A stretch of DNA of 64,000 nucleotides. Source: Utricularia gibba. Taxonomy: Eukaryota > Plantae > Magnoliophyta. The translations under genes were made by a program, and so were the position numbers. Below are positions 1-12,183 of the stretch, piece by piece; position 1 is the first letter of the stretch, and every line of letters starts with the position of its first letter. A model generated the notes under the pieces. The model was not told the origin of the DNA. It saw only the letters and a list, made by a program, of their open reading frames with translations, and did no database searches. Location of the stretch: positions 1,612,001 to 1,676,000 of the forward strand of contig NEEC01000019.1 in NCBI GenBank assembly GCA_002189035.1, in the 5' to 3' direction.

Positions 1-1783
1 CTTTCGTAGATTACTCCAAGAGTGTTTTTCTCTGCGATCGTAGGCATGACATTCATGACCCATAATTTGGGTGATTGGAGAGTTGCAGCAAAGCCTCCAA
101 GGCCAGCATTCATATCGAGGATGTTCCGGTACCGGCCGGTGTCGAGAAGCTTGTTAATCTTTCTATAGGCATCAACATGCTTTTTCCATTGCTTGCTATC
201 CTCTTCATATGTCTGAACTGAGACTCCGGAGATGGAACCACTAGCAATTCTTGGTGGAACAGCGAAAAGCCTCTCAGGGAATGGTTTTAGATCCTGTGGC
301 GTATCACCAGCATTGGCAGAAGTGACGCATTGCTCCATTTTCTTGTACCTGGTTACACCAAGAAGATTTGATCATTAAATTAAGGTTTAGATCTATGCAG
401 TTATTCATGGAATAGGTGATATTTACCAAACATTATCTGCATCTTTAGCTCGACAGGTTTCTACTCCAGAGTTCTGTTGTGCAGCACGACAAGAATTAGC
501 ATCCTTCGCCTTCTGCCACACAGCGATTTCACCATGCTCAGATTTCTTTTCCCAGCAAAGAAGTTTAGCGATTTCCTCAATCTTCCTTTGCTCTTCCTCA
601 AGCTCTTCCTTTGGCCGTTTCCATGGAATATAATTCGTCTTCCAGTTTATAGGAGGACCAGAGAGAACCCAATAACCACCAGGTCTGAGCACACGATCGA
701 CTTCCTTCATATAGAGCCCGTCTGCAAGTAGGAGCACACAACTGAAAACAACCACAAAAAGCAACTTCGCATGGAAAGCATCAACAGTTCCTAACTCTCA
801 CCATTTGCACCCCATGGTATAAGACAACGGGAGCAATGAGCCATGTCGAAAGCTGCAGATGGATACGGCATCTTTATTGTTCCAAGAACACCAATGACAG
901 CAGGTACACCCTTTCAAGAGCAAACTGTACCTGAGCTTCGTGTGAATCTCTTGGAGCAAATGACATTGCTATGACATTTCTTTTCCAAAGATACGCACCC
1001 CAGCTAGCAACCTAGAGTAAAATTCATGAAATACAGCATTAATAAATACCTGTGTATAAAAACCGGGGTTGAAACGGTTGGTTATTCAGAGAAGAACTAT
1101 ACGCTGTATAAACATCAATCGAAAAAATGATTAAAACATACCCCACAACCAGTATCAAGAGCAGTCCTCACAGTCCCATCCGCAATTGGTATAACTGAAG
1201 CAAGATTATCAATGTATTTATCAGCACCCTGAGGGAACTGCGTCCCCCCACCAGGAAACCGAAATACATTGCCCTCATACTGTACCCAGTTTTGAATAGC
1301 CTTCTCTACAGTCAAACTTTTGTAGGGGGCATTGGCAAAAGGGACATAATCACGACTCTTTGGCCATGGAAATGGTGTAACATATCCTTGGGGAGCTGGA
1401 ATCAGGCAATGTAACTTCTCGCCTTCAGGTGGGCAGTGTCTCTCACGGTAGATCATATTATCCCTTGGAAAGGTCATGGCACGAGCTTGATCATGGCAAG
1501 GCGTGTAATCTGTGTACTGTGGATCGCATGGCTTGTAAATAACTATCTTAGAATCAGACTCATCGGCTTCACCAACATGATGGGTTTCGAAATCGAGGTT
1601 TGGAAGGATGTTACAGTTTGTAGCAGTTTGGCTCACTGCATACGCAATGCTGTCCCCTTTTCCAATTCCACTCTTTTGCCATGCTCCGATTGTGTAGAAA
1701 AAAAGGCACAAACCAGACACTATGAAAATGGATAGAAAACTCCTGATCCTACTGTCACCTGACTGATGAAACTTGTTCGCCAT
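1..1783 (-). CDS. PMT2: Probable pectin/SAM-dependent methyltransferase, DUF248 family, PMT2-like; 3' end runs off the window. Exons 1783-1142, 1011-802, 721-427, 348-<1
   Basis: Spliced ORF contains an N-terminal TM helix, [43 protein letters not shown] and [18 protein letters not shown]. All four junctions are GT-AG and in phase. Confidence 0.9.
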
Positions 1784-3390
1784 TGCAGCCTGTAATGAAA
1801 TAGCGGTCAACGCATATTACGTTCTGGCTAAAGTCGTTTACATACTTTCGCCAAATTGCACACATTAGGTAAACGTTGGGAAAAAACTAAGGAAAATGAC
1901 AATTTCAGGAGGCTCTCAAGTCATCACAAATCACAAATGGGTATGAATTTCGTGAAGAACAAACAAAACAGATACAACTATATGCAACCATCCATATAAT
2001 GTCCAGTTTGATTTCCTATAACCGGCCACCACAAGCATCCCCACAAAAATACAATCTCCGGCAGGCTTTTGTAACAGTGACTATGAAAATACAGCGTCAA
2101 AAGTAGTAGTAGGAAACATTCTCGTATGGGCTTCTATTTTCATGTTTGTACTCAGCGGAATCCTATCTCTCGTAGTAAAAATCAAATCTGGGGCAAGGAA
2201 CTTGGAAAAAAAACAACAATTTCAACTACACCCAGGAGCTCCCAGTGACCATTCACGAAAATTCAAAAAAAAAAAACAAAAAACCATGAGAGCACTGAAT
2301 ACACATACCAGTCACACCAAGTGAAGCTCCGACGCGAACTCTCCCACAACTAGAGAAATGACGAAGGTACGATCTCCAAAATGGAATCACTTATAACATC
2401 CACTCTTTAGATCCAACAACGGAATCATAAATCCCTCTCCTAGACTGAGAACCTAGCAGATTCCCGTAAGCATAAAGCTCTCATGCGAATCTCATTCCAC
2501 CATTCTCCTGCATCTGAGAGTTGGAGGCGAGTGCTTTGTCGCGCTTTTATTTTCATTGCGCTGTCATTTAAAAACAATATATTCTTTATTTGGCTATTCC
2601 CATTTTCTAAAACGGGATCATGCCTAAATAAATTAAAAAATATTTATCTAAATCTGGAAAAAAATATTTATGATACAATCATTAAAATTATTGAATTAAA
2701 AAGGAAAAAAAATGTTAGTTTCTAATAGAATATACAAACCATTAAAGGGATAGGGACAAGATCTCACGCGCACCGACAAATACCGTACCGGGGTGTTTCC
2801 TCTGGGTGATGGCGCAGTGTTCCATCTAAATGAACGGTTGAGATGGAAGTCAAGATGTAGATCTGGGATCAAGTGTGGGTCGGCAAGTAGGAATAGATTA
2901 ATCATGACGTGAGCGCCATTAGATGGTGTGTGGTCCACGAGAATCCAATGGACCCTAGTGTAGGGAAGCCTATTTCGATCTGTCTGTCGACATGTTCGCG
3001 GTATGGTACATTGTGCTGCCAGAGTTGTACATTCGCACGCTAATTTGCTAGGCCCAGTGGACCAAACACAGCCCCATCTCCATGGGCCTCATCTGTTCCC
3101 TCAGAGGCGCATTTGCGGCGATTTGCATTATAAAAGTCGATTTATTAATCAACTATTTTTGCGACATTTAAATATATATAATAAATCTAAAAGTCATTTG
3201 AAAATAATGATTTTTTCACATACTTAATAATTAAATATATAATATATCATAATTTTAGAATAAATTGATATATAATGAAATTCATGGTTTATTTCAATTT
3301 TAAACAAATTAATATTTTCAAAAAAAATTGGATTGCAATTTAATGATAATTGTGGATTAGTTTGTTAATTTTCTCACAAATTAACCTTTG

Positions 3391-5358
3391 TTAACATGGG
3401 AACAGTGAAAAATAATACTGTGATTCAACACTTCCACCTATATGTTTCAGGTTGTCAAGTTTTTCTTTGCACCAAAACAACTGAGCTGTTGTCACTCTTG
3501 AGGATTTGAGTACTCTCCCCACCAACTTCAACTCTACTTCACATGTCAAAACTTCGTCTTCCTGAATCTTTTTCGATTTCTTGGCAATGCAGCTGTGATC
3601 CTTCATGTACTCTTTGATTTCTCTTTCTTTCTGCAGAGATGTATTGATCAGGGTGGATGAAGAGTAGCATATTTCCAGGGAGAGTAGCACTAACCTTGTG
3701 AAGGGCTGCTGTGATATCCTTCAGAAGCTCTGAGTTTATGGCATCTTGGGCGATGGATCCTCTGAGTTTCTTCGAATCAGCATAGTCGGATTTCATGTCC
3801 GAGTTTACGAAATCCCGGAAAATGGCTTTGGATTCAATGATGAGTCTGAATAGCTCCTTGATCGAGATCATATCTTCTGAGTATGCCCCTTCCTTTCTCA
3901 ACAATGAGCGATCATCTACAAGGCGAATTGAAATGCAGTAAAAGTCAAACACTTTGTTCAAGTTTCCTAGAGTTTGGCTGCTTACCCTCGATACTTGGGA
4001 TATGAAGAAGGGTACTGATCATGTTCCTTGTCTTGGAGTAGCAGCGAACTCTATGGCCTTCAAACTTTTCATCCTCCATGAACCTCTGCAGCATAACTTG
4101 GAACATTTGGAACCTTTCAGCAGCTCGGTTGTAGGAACGTTTCGCTAGTGGATCGAATTCGAGTAGCTCATGTGCTTTTTCTGATAGCCAGTTGAGTATC
4201 TCCCAAGACAGGCATAGTTGCCCAATGTAAACCAATTCCAAGTCATGCTCTAGTCTATTATAATGTTCTAGCCGTTGCATAGGATCATGATGAACCTTCT
4301 TTATGTTACAGGTCCACCAAGGCTTAGGCATACAGAAGTCTCCTTTCTTCTTGCTGTTTGCAGTGAATTGTGTTCCAGAGTTCTTCATCTTGAGAAAGGC
4401 TGCACAATGAGTGTACTGTGAGAGTCAATAACAAGCAATTCCTCTGTAAAGTGAGATGATTCTCTTGAATTACTGATAGCTTGTAAGGTCTGGTAGTTCA
4501 AGATGTCAAGCTTCTTCATTCTCTCTGAGTAGCTCTTGTAGAAGATTTGAATTTGCTGCAAAACATCTCTGTATTCAATCTTTTTGTGAATCTCCAGAGG
4601 CTTATAGCTCTCTGATACTGTCTCTGATTCCTCTGATATTGTGGAAAGCCCTCCAATTCTGCTCTTCTTGATCTCATCTCTCATTTGCTTCACTAAAGCT
4701 TCATGTTTCTGCAAGACGTCTGGTTCATCTTCATCACCATCCATGTAATCCATGCATGATTTCTGTTCATTTTCAGCTTTGAGGTCCAGTTTTTGTTGCC
4801 CTTCCTTACAAACAGCTGAAATTGTTGCATCAGTCTTTTGCTGGCTGTCACACGTTTGTTATTTCACATTCGTTTTGAAGCATTTATACTACTGAAACAT
4901 TTCCAAACGAACCCCAAATAACGCCTCCCTAGGCGCATACAGGAAAACAAGAACTTTTTTCTTTGAGAGGGATTGGGAACCTGATTCTTCTTCATCTGAA
5001 TCGTGCCCCTGGTTCTTCTTCTCCCGCTTCTCTTCCATCTCTGACCCTTCAGATGATCTGAAGAACTGTGATCAGTAAGGAAAACCAGATGATCAGAGAC
5101 GCTCAAGCCAGAACACAAGAAAATAAAAGAGAGCATGCCATCTCCCAATTACCGGTTCAGGCTCAATCTCCGGAGCCAAATCCTTCATTTTATTCCACGA
5201 GGCAATCCCCCAACAGTTTTCTCTAAAACACCACATGAATCCCCATGCAAACAATCAAACAGACCTTCCCAAGAACAGAGTAGACAGAAAAAGTACCTGC
5301 TCCAAAACCTGGAGAAGAAACCACACAACATCAGACCCAAATTTCCGAAAACACCCAT
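3391..5358 (-). CDS. DUF1666-family protein, about 6 exons; 5' exons uncertain
   Basis: Exonic ORFs with LQKHEALVKQMRDEIKK..GGLSTISEE, YKSYSERMKKLDILNYQ, DLELVYIGQLCLSWEIL and VELKLVGRVL, ending FSLFPC* at 3391. Start at 5358 (MGVFGNLG, donor AG|GTAC at 5296) is inferred. Confidence 0.75.
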
Positions 5359-6389
5359 GAGATATTCTTTTTTCACGACAGAAAAGACGAAGCTGCGTGG
5401 TGTAGCAGAAAGCGGGCTGGAAGAACGAACTTGCGGAGAGAATCTTCGCACATCTGTCTCGTAACGGACGGTGGAGATGAACGGAATCCTCTGATGCAAA
5501 AGCGAGCCATCAGCAGCAAGTTTTTCCGGCGCCACTTTCCAGTCCATGAAGACAATTCCATTTTGGATTTTCGCGCAAGTGAATCAGGTTATTTAAAAAA
5601 GGAGGATTTAAATTACTAACAACGGCAATTTAATTATGCAATTATATGTAACATTATAAAAATACCATTTAATTAATATTATAATGGTTGACTAATTGGC
5701 GCCCGGCAAATGGTGATGCAACGTTGCATGTGTGATTACTATACAGATACATGATTGCCAAATGATTACTGAAGAAACGGGATTCATATTTGCACCCCAT
5801 GACGTGTATTACTTTTTCATTTTGGGACTAAAGTTTTCAAAAATTCGCTTTTAGTCGCCACAACCATGAAATTAATTAAATTTAACCAACATTAATTATA
5901 AAAAAATGTAAATAAAAATTATTTTTTTATAAAAAGGTTTTCAAATTCCAAATTGCTTAGTCATCAAGAACCTCAAATTCTAGTTTTTACAGCTGTCTTG
6001 ACATGGGGTCAACTATATTGGAAATGATGCAATATTTTTTTTACATCAATTAATAAAAAATTAAAAATATTACATATATTTTGACTGATTAAAGTCTGTT
6101 TATTTAATTTTATAAACGAATTATATCTTAAAAATTCAAAAATTTAGAATTATTTAGAATTTTTGGTAAAATGTATATATTCAACTTGTACTTTTTTCGA
6201 ATTAAATTGTAATTCTTTATTTTTATTTGTCTAAAAAAGACAACTTATGATTTTTCACTTAGTAATAATGTATAAACATTTGAAAGCTAATTTCTAATCA
6301 TCCACAACGCGACTGTTTTTTCACTACCCAAAAAAAAAAGGATGAACAAAGTTATGGAAACAACGGAGTGAAATTGAAGGAGAATTGAA

Positions 6390-7124
6390 TCAAGATGGCG
6401 AAGAAGAAGATCCATCGTTTGCTCCATGGAAATGAAAATGGCCTCCGATGTCACTTGGTTTCCCTTCCTGGGTGTTCATGCAGGCGCCGCCGGATCCACC
6501 GCCGCGTGGGTCTTTTTTTGCGGCCATGTTCTTGTTGTTGTGCATCCAGACCTTGAGCACTCCTCTGGTGACTCCGATTTCCCGGCAAAAACTCTCGACG
6601 GCAGATTCATCGCATCTGTGCATCTTCCATCCAATCTTTTCTGAAAAGGAGTACATTTTATCCTTCTGCTCTTGACTGAACTTCGTCCTGAACCTCTTCC
6701 GCCCCGCCAGATTCTCCGCGGTGGGAGTAACCGGGGCCTGGTTGTCGGCGAACCCGAAAAGCACACGTGGCGAGCGTGGATTCGGAGACGAATGACGGCG
6801 GAAATCAAGGAACGGCGGCGATATCGCGGAGGTATCCGGCTCCTGGCGGTGAAAGTTCCGGTGGCAGCCGCAGGCAGCGCATATTAGCAACTTCTCTTCA
6901 TGGGCACCAATCGGTGGCATGAACTCTCCACAGCCATCGACTGCATGGCCACCCATGTTGGCGGCATGGTTCTTCATGCACTCCTTGTATTCCACCACCA
7001 CCGGACCCTGTAGGCGGTTCTTGGCGAAATGCGGCGGTGGCGGCCGGGCCGGCAGAGCGGCGTGCGGCGGCGTCTCGACCTCATTCTCCTCTGGGCTGAC
7101 CGGAGGTTCCATGTCTAAGTCCAT
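6390..7124 (-). CDS. ZHD: Zinc-finger homeodomain (ZF-HD) transcription factor, intronless, 244 aa
   Basis: YKECMKNHAANMGGHAVDGCGEFM..CAACGCHRNFHR dimerisation finger and RKRFRTKFSQEQK..LKVWMHNNK homeodomain. Confidence 0.95.
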   Translation of the reverse strand: MDLDMEPPVSPEENEVETPPHAALPARPPPPHFAKNRLQGPVVVEYKECMKNHAANMGGHAVDGCGEFMPPIGAHEEKLLICAACGCHRNFHRQEPDTSAISPPFLDFRRHSSPNPRSPRVLFGFADNQAPVTPTAENLAGRKRFRTKFSQEQKDKMYSFSEKIGWKMHRCDESAVESFCREIGVTRGVLKVWMHNNKNMAAKKDPRGGGSGGACMNTQEGKPSDIGGHFHFHGANDGSSSSPS

Positions 7125-9079
7125 GGGAGAGACTGGGATCTCGTTTATAGAGCATACAAATGGAGCAGAATCGTCCTGTGCCCACTACTCGATTACCAGA
7201 GTTGTTATTCTTTGTTATTACAAGAGGAGCCTGTCTAAACAGTTCACTACAACTTTCCAACGTAGAATAAAGAAATAAATAAATCAGTAGGAGCCCTAAG
7301 CCCTAGAACTGGATCGGGGCGCGAAGAAAGGAAGCAGAAGAAGAAGAAGGTGGGAGGGAGGGAGGAGTTGGAGTTAGTGCAGTGTGAATAATTTCAACCA
7401 CTTCAATGGCTGTGGATGAGACTCATTCATGGCCGTTGTTTGTAATAAGGGGATAGGATTAAAAGCTTGGACATCATCTCAGAATTCAGACAAGCGCAGT
7501 TTGTTGTGGGGAAATAAATACTCAACCAACCTCCATTCTCCTCAATTCACACCTTGAGTATCAATGTGCCCAGCCACCAGATTATTATTTCACATCTTCC
7601 AAATTAGGTCATTTACAAATTTGATCATCTCATCTTTCTATCTATCTCAGATATTATAAGATCATGAAATTTCCAAATCATACTCCCACATTTGCTACAT
7701 GCAAGAAATGTGACATAGGGCCTTCCTAAATCTACAGTACACTCATATAATATAATCCGTTTAAGTTCTTTTAGAAAATATCTCATACATGATTTATGTC
7801 ATACTTCTATTTATGTTCTTCACTTTTTTTCATGAATAAGCCATGTGGGATACTTAATATGATCTTATAACACACCTATGAGTGTTGCGATTACATTATA
7901 CTTCTTAATGTATGATTCTAATGTAGATCATGATGTGATCGCCCCCCAAAAAAATTAAATTATTCGCTAGTTGGAGAAAAGTATGATTATAATGTATTGA
8001 AAATTAATAATAATTTTTTTAGGACCGAAACATTAAATATGTGCAGAAAATTATTGCGTTTCTTAATGAGGGAAGTAGAGAGGAAGGTTTTAGCCTTGGC
8101 CCCTACTCGGAAAAAAAAAATTCTTCAAAAATGAAAAATAATTTAATTTCGGAATATAGATATTCACATTTTATTGAAAGAATTTGGATCTTGATAGATT
8201 GTATGTATTTGCGTTGTAAGAGGAGTTTCTTAATGTGAGAGGGTTTTCATCTCCCCCGGTTGAAAAAGGGGGTGAATTTTTTTATTTGATTATTATTATA
8301 ATTTAAAATGCAATCGTAGACCCACAATTTCTGAATGCTAAAACGCATGGGATGTTTCCTAGCGTTGACTTTGTGCCCCCGCCCCCCAATGTCCGAAACT
8401 CGAAAGCCGTCTTGCTTTGAATGAGATCTTCTTCCTGCTCGATCCACAAAATATGGCTGCTGCGCCCCCTCAATTCTGATCTTCTTGTTCTTTTGTTCAT
8501 GATTATGGGTATATAATATATTGTGAATTATTATTAATCAATTGAATTTTTTTAAATATAATTGATGTTTTTTGTATACTTGAATTTAACATACATTCTA
8601 CAACATGAACTCACATCAAGATTCCCATTTAAAGTATGCTTCATACTCTTCTTTAATAATTTAATTGCAGCATAATAAGATGCTTGAAAACATAACATCC
8701 ACACTCAGAACATTTTAATTCTTGTCACACAGCACACGCGTGCCTCGTGTTTAACAACATGCTAGGTTCTTGTTTGTAGCTGTGAAGTTCTTGTAAATGA
8801 TTTTAAGAACACGAATTTCCCCAATCACTAGCAGCCAACCTCGGGTGTGGTTTGCATGAACACAATCCCAATATAAGTAGAATCAAATATTTGAGAAAAA
8901 TGGATTGCGGTGGAGGCAGAACAGGAAGGAAAATGGCGCAATGAATCCAAGGGATGATGCAGTCACCGGAAAACGAGAATAAGGACATAACTCTTCCATT
9001 TTGCAAAAGCAACAAGAAAACATCCAGCAGACACTTGGCGCAATAGCGCAAGGGGTGGATCAAAGAAGCTATGAAGGCA

Positions 9080-10358
9080 TCAAGCATTACCAGCAGCGCC
9101 CTTGCCCTTCTTCTTCTGAATTTTCTTCATGTAGAACTCAAGTTCTTTGCCTTCCAGGATGTATCTGTTGCATTTGGAACAGCATCACGGTTGAGTTAGG
9201 CAAGGCATTGTATTTGTCGGGATGATGGATAAAGGTATGAAACACAGTTTACCCATCAGCTCTTCCACACTGCCCGGGCCTAGAGGAAATGCAAGCCAAC
9301 AGCCTACCAGAGGAGAACTGTTCCTCGACATGGGGATCGATTTTGCGGTCCACCTGCCTGCTCTTCCTCTTCCTTTCAACATGATTGCTGGCCTTGACAT
9401 CTGCAGCAGTGGCCTCTCCTTCCTGTTGTTGCATTGTCCAAACAACATTAGAGACACGCAACAAGGTAACTGCAGCATTCGCTAAAATGAAAAGTGTAAT
9501 GAAAATTTGTGTTTAGAGTACCTCGGACTCATCTTTCTTTGAAGCAGCCTTTTTCTTCTTACCAATTTCCACTCCGTAGTGAGTTAGATACCACTGTTTA
9601 AAAGGGGTAGCATCAACCTGGATGACAGCACTCTTAACCAGGGTCTGTGTTCTGACAAGTTCGTTGTTGGAGGCATTGTAGACAACATCCAAAATACGAG
9701 TCTTTCGGGTCACCGCCTCGCTGCCCCATGAAAAGTTTCCTGTGTTCAATCTAAGGGCTCTCCACTTCACGTTTCCACCTCGAACACGAATTCTTCTAAC
9801 TGTCTTCTGGGCGGTGTCCAGCTTAGTGTTTGCCGGCTGGCGCCCAAGCTCGTACCTTGAAGAGGAGCACAATGAACACAAGGTTACATACAGGTTAAGA
9901 AAACTCACACACAATCGACACAAGGAAGAATTCGCAGGACACATTCCCCATCCAGAATAACATTGCAGACAAAACATTGAACATTCAAGTACAAAGACAC
10001 CAAGATAAAGTGAATTCTCGTATGCATACTGTCAAATAAATAATATTTACAAACAAAATCTCGAGCAGACGGCACATTGTCCCAAAAGATCTACTCAAAC
10101 CGCAGCCAGAAGGTTTTCGAAATGATCCATGGAAGTGAAAATCCCAATTAAATAGCATAACAGATCCATAAAATAAAAAGGAAAAAAAAAACCAACTTTC
10201 GCTTCTTCCTCCACGCCTTCTTCTTGCCACCAGTCGCCCGCCTCTTGTGCATGGAATCACGAGAAATACCTGCATATCCGACACTGGAACATCAGCATCG
10301 GAGAAGCTAACACACATTTAAGACTACGAACAAAACATGGTTCCAGAAACGCACCCAT
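9080..10358 (-). CDS. RPS8: 40S ribosomal protein S8. Exons 10358-10355, 10269-10197, 9855-9522, 9422-9253, 9164-9080
   Basis: Spliced translation [38 protein letters not shown]...[32 protein letters not shown]. All junctions GT-AG and in phase. Confidence 0.97.
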
Positions 10359-10432
10359 GATTGAACACTCGGCTGCTGCCCTCCAATCCCTCTCTGAATT
10401 GTGCCGCAGAGACGGGATTGGGAAATTGATTA

Positions 10433-10522
10433 GAACCCTAGACTGCAGTTATGGGCTGGGTTTCACCCTTATTTGGACTTTTTAAGTGTATTGGGCTCTC
10501 CGCCCAGATTCTTGGCAGCCCA
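10433..10522. promoter_or_regulatory. RPS8 promoter: telo-box-like motif and site II motifs
   Basis: GAACCCTAG at 10433-10441, TGGGCT at 10452 and 10492, AGCCCA at 10517. This combination is typical of plant ribosomal protein promoters. Confidence 0.6.
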
Positions 10523-10827
10523 TTCCAAGCTCTACGACGATTGTATTTTTATTAAATGAAAATAACAAATTTTCTCTAAACATTGGGGCGAATGTTCTAT
10601 TTTCAAAATATATGTGGACACAATTATTCAGACAAGATTATACAAGTATAAATTTAAAATATTTAAACATAGTCGTCCGCATTCCAGTTTCAACAATTTC
10701 TTTCCATTTTTGGATTTACCAAAAAGCATTAAAATCAACAAGACAGTCTCACAACATTGTCTGGAGCCAAGGATTCGTGAGTTTTATCTGTATTTACCTG
10801 TGTTTCGAAGCTGGAAATGCATCAATT

Positions 10828-12183
10828 CTACCAGCCAGAGACGTTGGCATCCACGTCTTCTTCAGCTTCCTCTGGAGCAGGGAGATTGAGATCAAGCAAA
10901 TCAGGCTTCGCTCCCTGAATCCGATCCCGATTGCTCCGGTGCCTGCCGATGAAATGCGACCTCTTGTGGCCACCAAGTGCCTGGCCGTTCTTGAAAACCC
11001 TGTTGCAGAAGGGGCAAACATGGCCCTTGTTCTTCTTTGCATTGTTCTTTTCATCCAACGCCTTGCCGCTTGGCTTTCTGTCGTTTATGAGCTCAGTCGA
11101 GTCGCGGGGGCTGTTTTCGCTGCTTTCGCAGTACTCGTTGCTGCGCTTGTAACACGGTTTGTGTCCTCCCAGTGCCTGATATGATTCGAAGACCTTCTTG
11201 CAGCTGAAGCATTCGTATTTGCTTCTCTTCTGAGAGCCTTTTGTTCCCGCGACACTGTGTCTGTACTCAGCGTCATGCTCATTCATCAGGGACTTGTTGT
11301 ATTCGGCAAAAGCAGAGCTTTTATGGCGCCCGTTTACTGATAACTCAGAGTCCACTCTGTTACATTCATCCAAGAAATACCCTGAATCAGAATCATCAGA
11401 CTGAGCAGTTTCCGATTCCCATTGCTTCAACTTACTGTCCATGTGGTTCACTGGTTTTGGAGGTTCCATCTTTCTGGTTTTCATGTCAATTGAGGAAGAT
11501 TTCTTCTCCAAGATGACTGAGCTGTTGTCTGAAGACTCACCTACGGAGTTTAAACCAATGTGGAAGATGGTGGAATCCCTAGACAGCATCATCAGGCACA
11601 TAGCTACCTCCTCCTGCTCATCCCCATCAATCTCAGAAACAGAAGAAGAATAACCGTTGTTGGCCAGGGAGAAAGAACAGCATTTGGTATCAGCCTTCTT
11701 GTTGCTTTTAAAGGATCTGGTTCTGATGATCCGATCGGAATGCTCCTCCGTATCGGAATGACTGTCAATCTCTAGCTTCCGACTGTCACTGCTCCATGAC
11801 TGATCACCCTTGATCCCCTTATCCCTGTCTGAATGGCAAGCCATGTGACCACACAGAGCTTTTAAAGATTGGAACCCTTTACCACATTGCTTGCATACTC
11901 TCTCTTGTTGCATCGTGAAGCTTGAACCCACAGCCCTCCAAGTTTTTCTGGGATTCTCTCTGAGTATATAACTTGACTGGCCATTTTCAGATTCTTCGAA
12001 TTTTGGCTCATTCATCAGCAAAGATCCAAACTTTTTGAAGTTGCTCTCAGCTTTTTCATCACAAGGAGGTGAATTCAGCACCACATTATGAGACCTCACA
12101 TGCCCTCCCAGAGACTTTCCACATGGATACCTTTTGTCACACAGCTTACAGACAAACTTCAGCTCTAGATTCTCGTCTTCCAT
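10828..12183 (-). CDS. C2H2 zinc-finger repressor (ZAT1/4/9-like, 4 fingers, C-terminal EAR motif), intronless, 451 aa
   Basis: Fingers KSLGGHVRSH, KALCGHMACH, QALGGHKPCY and QALGGHKRSH; EEVAMCLMMLSRD motif; LDLNLP EAR motif. Confidence 0.93.
   Translation of the reverse strand: MEDENLELKFVCKLCDKRYPCGKSLGGHVRSHNVVLNSPPCDEKAESNFKKFGSLLMNEPKFEESENGQSSYILRENPRKTWRAVGSSFTMQQERVCKQCGKGFQSLKALCGHMACHSDRDKGIKGDQSWSSDSRKLEIDSHSDTEEHSDRIIRTRSFKSNKKADTKCCSFSLANNGYSSSVSEIDGDEQEEVAMCLMMLSRDSTIFHIGLNSVGESSDNSSVILEKKSSSIDMKTRKMEPPKPVNHMDSKLKQWESETAQSDDSDSGYFLDECNRVDSELSVNGRHKSSAFAEYNKSLMNEHDAEYRHSVAGTKGSQKRSKYECFSCKKVFESYQALGGHKPCYKRSNEYCESSENSPRDSTELINDRKPSGKALDEKNNAKKNKGHVCPFCNRVFKNGQALGGHKRSHFIGRHRSNRDRIQGAKPDLLDLNLPAPEEAEEDVDANVSGW

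Noticed and set aside
5714-5772. Possible C/D snoRNA (TGATGC...CTGA) containing the 14-bp palindrome ATGCAACGTTGCAT (5716-5729)
   Set aside because: C box deviates from TGATGA, the span is only about 59 nt, and there is no terminal stem or recognisable rRNA guide.
5779-6030. Possible Mutator-like MITE (ACCCCATG inverted pair, GGGACTAAA/TTTAGTC motifs)
   Set aside because: Inverted match is only about 9-12 bp with gaps, and no TSD was found.
8247-8500. Short minus-strand ORFs as a CLE or other peptide gene near ZF-HD
   Set aside because: No signal peptide and no CLE, IDA or RTFL motif in any frame read.
9856-10196. Intronic snoRNA in RPS8
   Set aside because: No C box (RTGATGA) / D box pair seen on the coding strand.
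10486-11184. 232-aa plus-strand ORF, and similar long antisense ORFs (e.g. 55367-56080, 6476-6808, 24379-24762)
   Set aside because: Shadow ORFs on the opposite strand of real genes, with no domain motifs.
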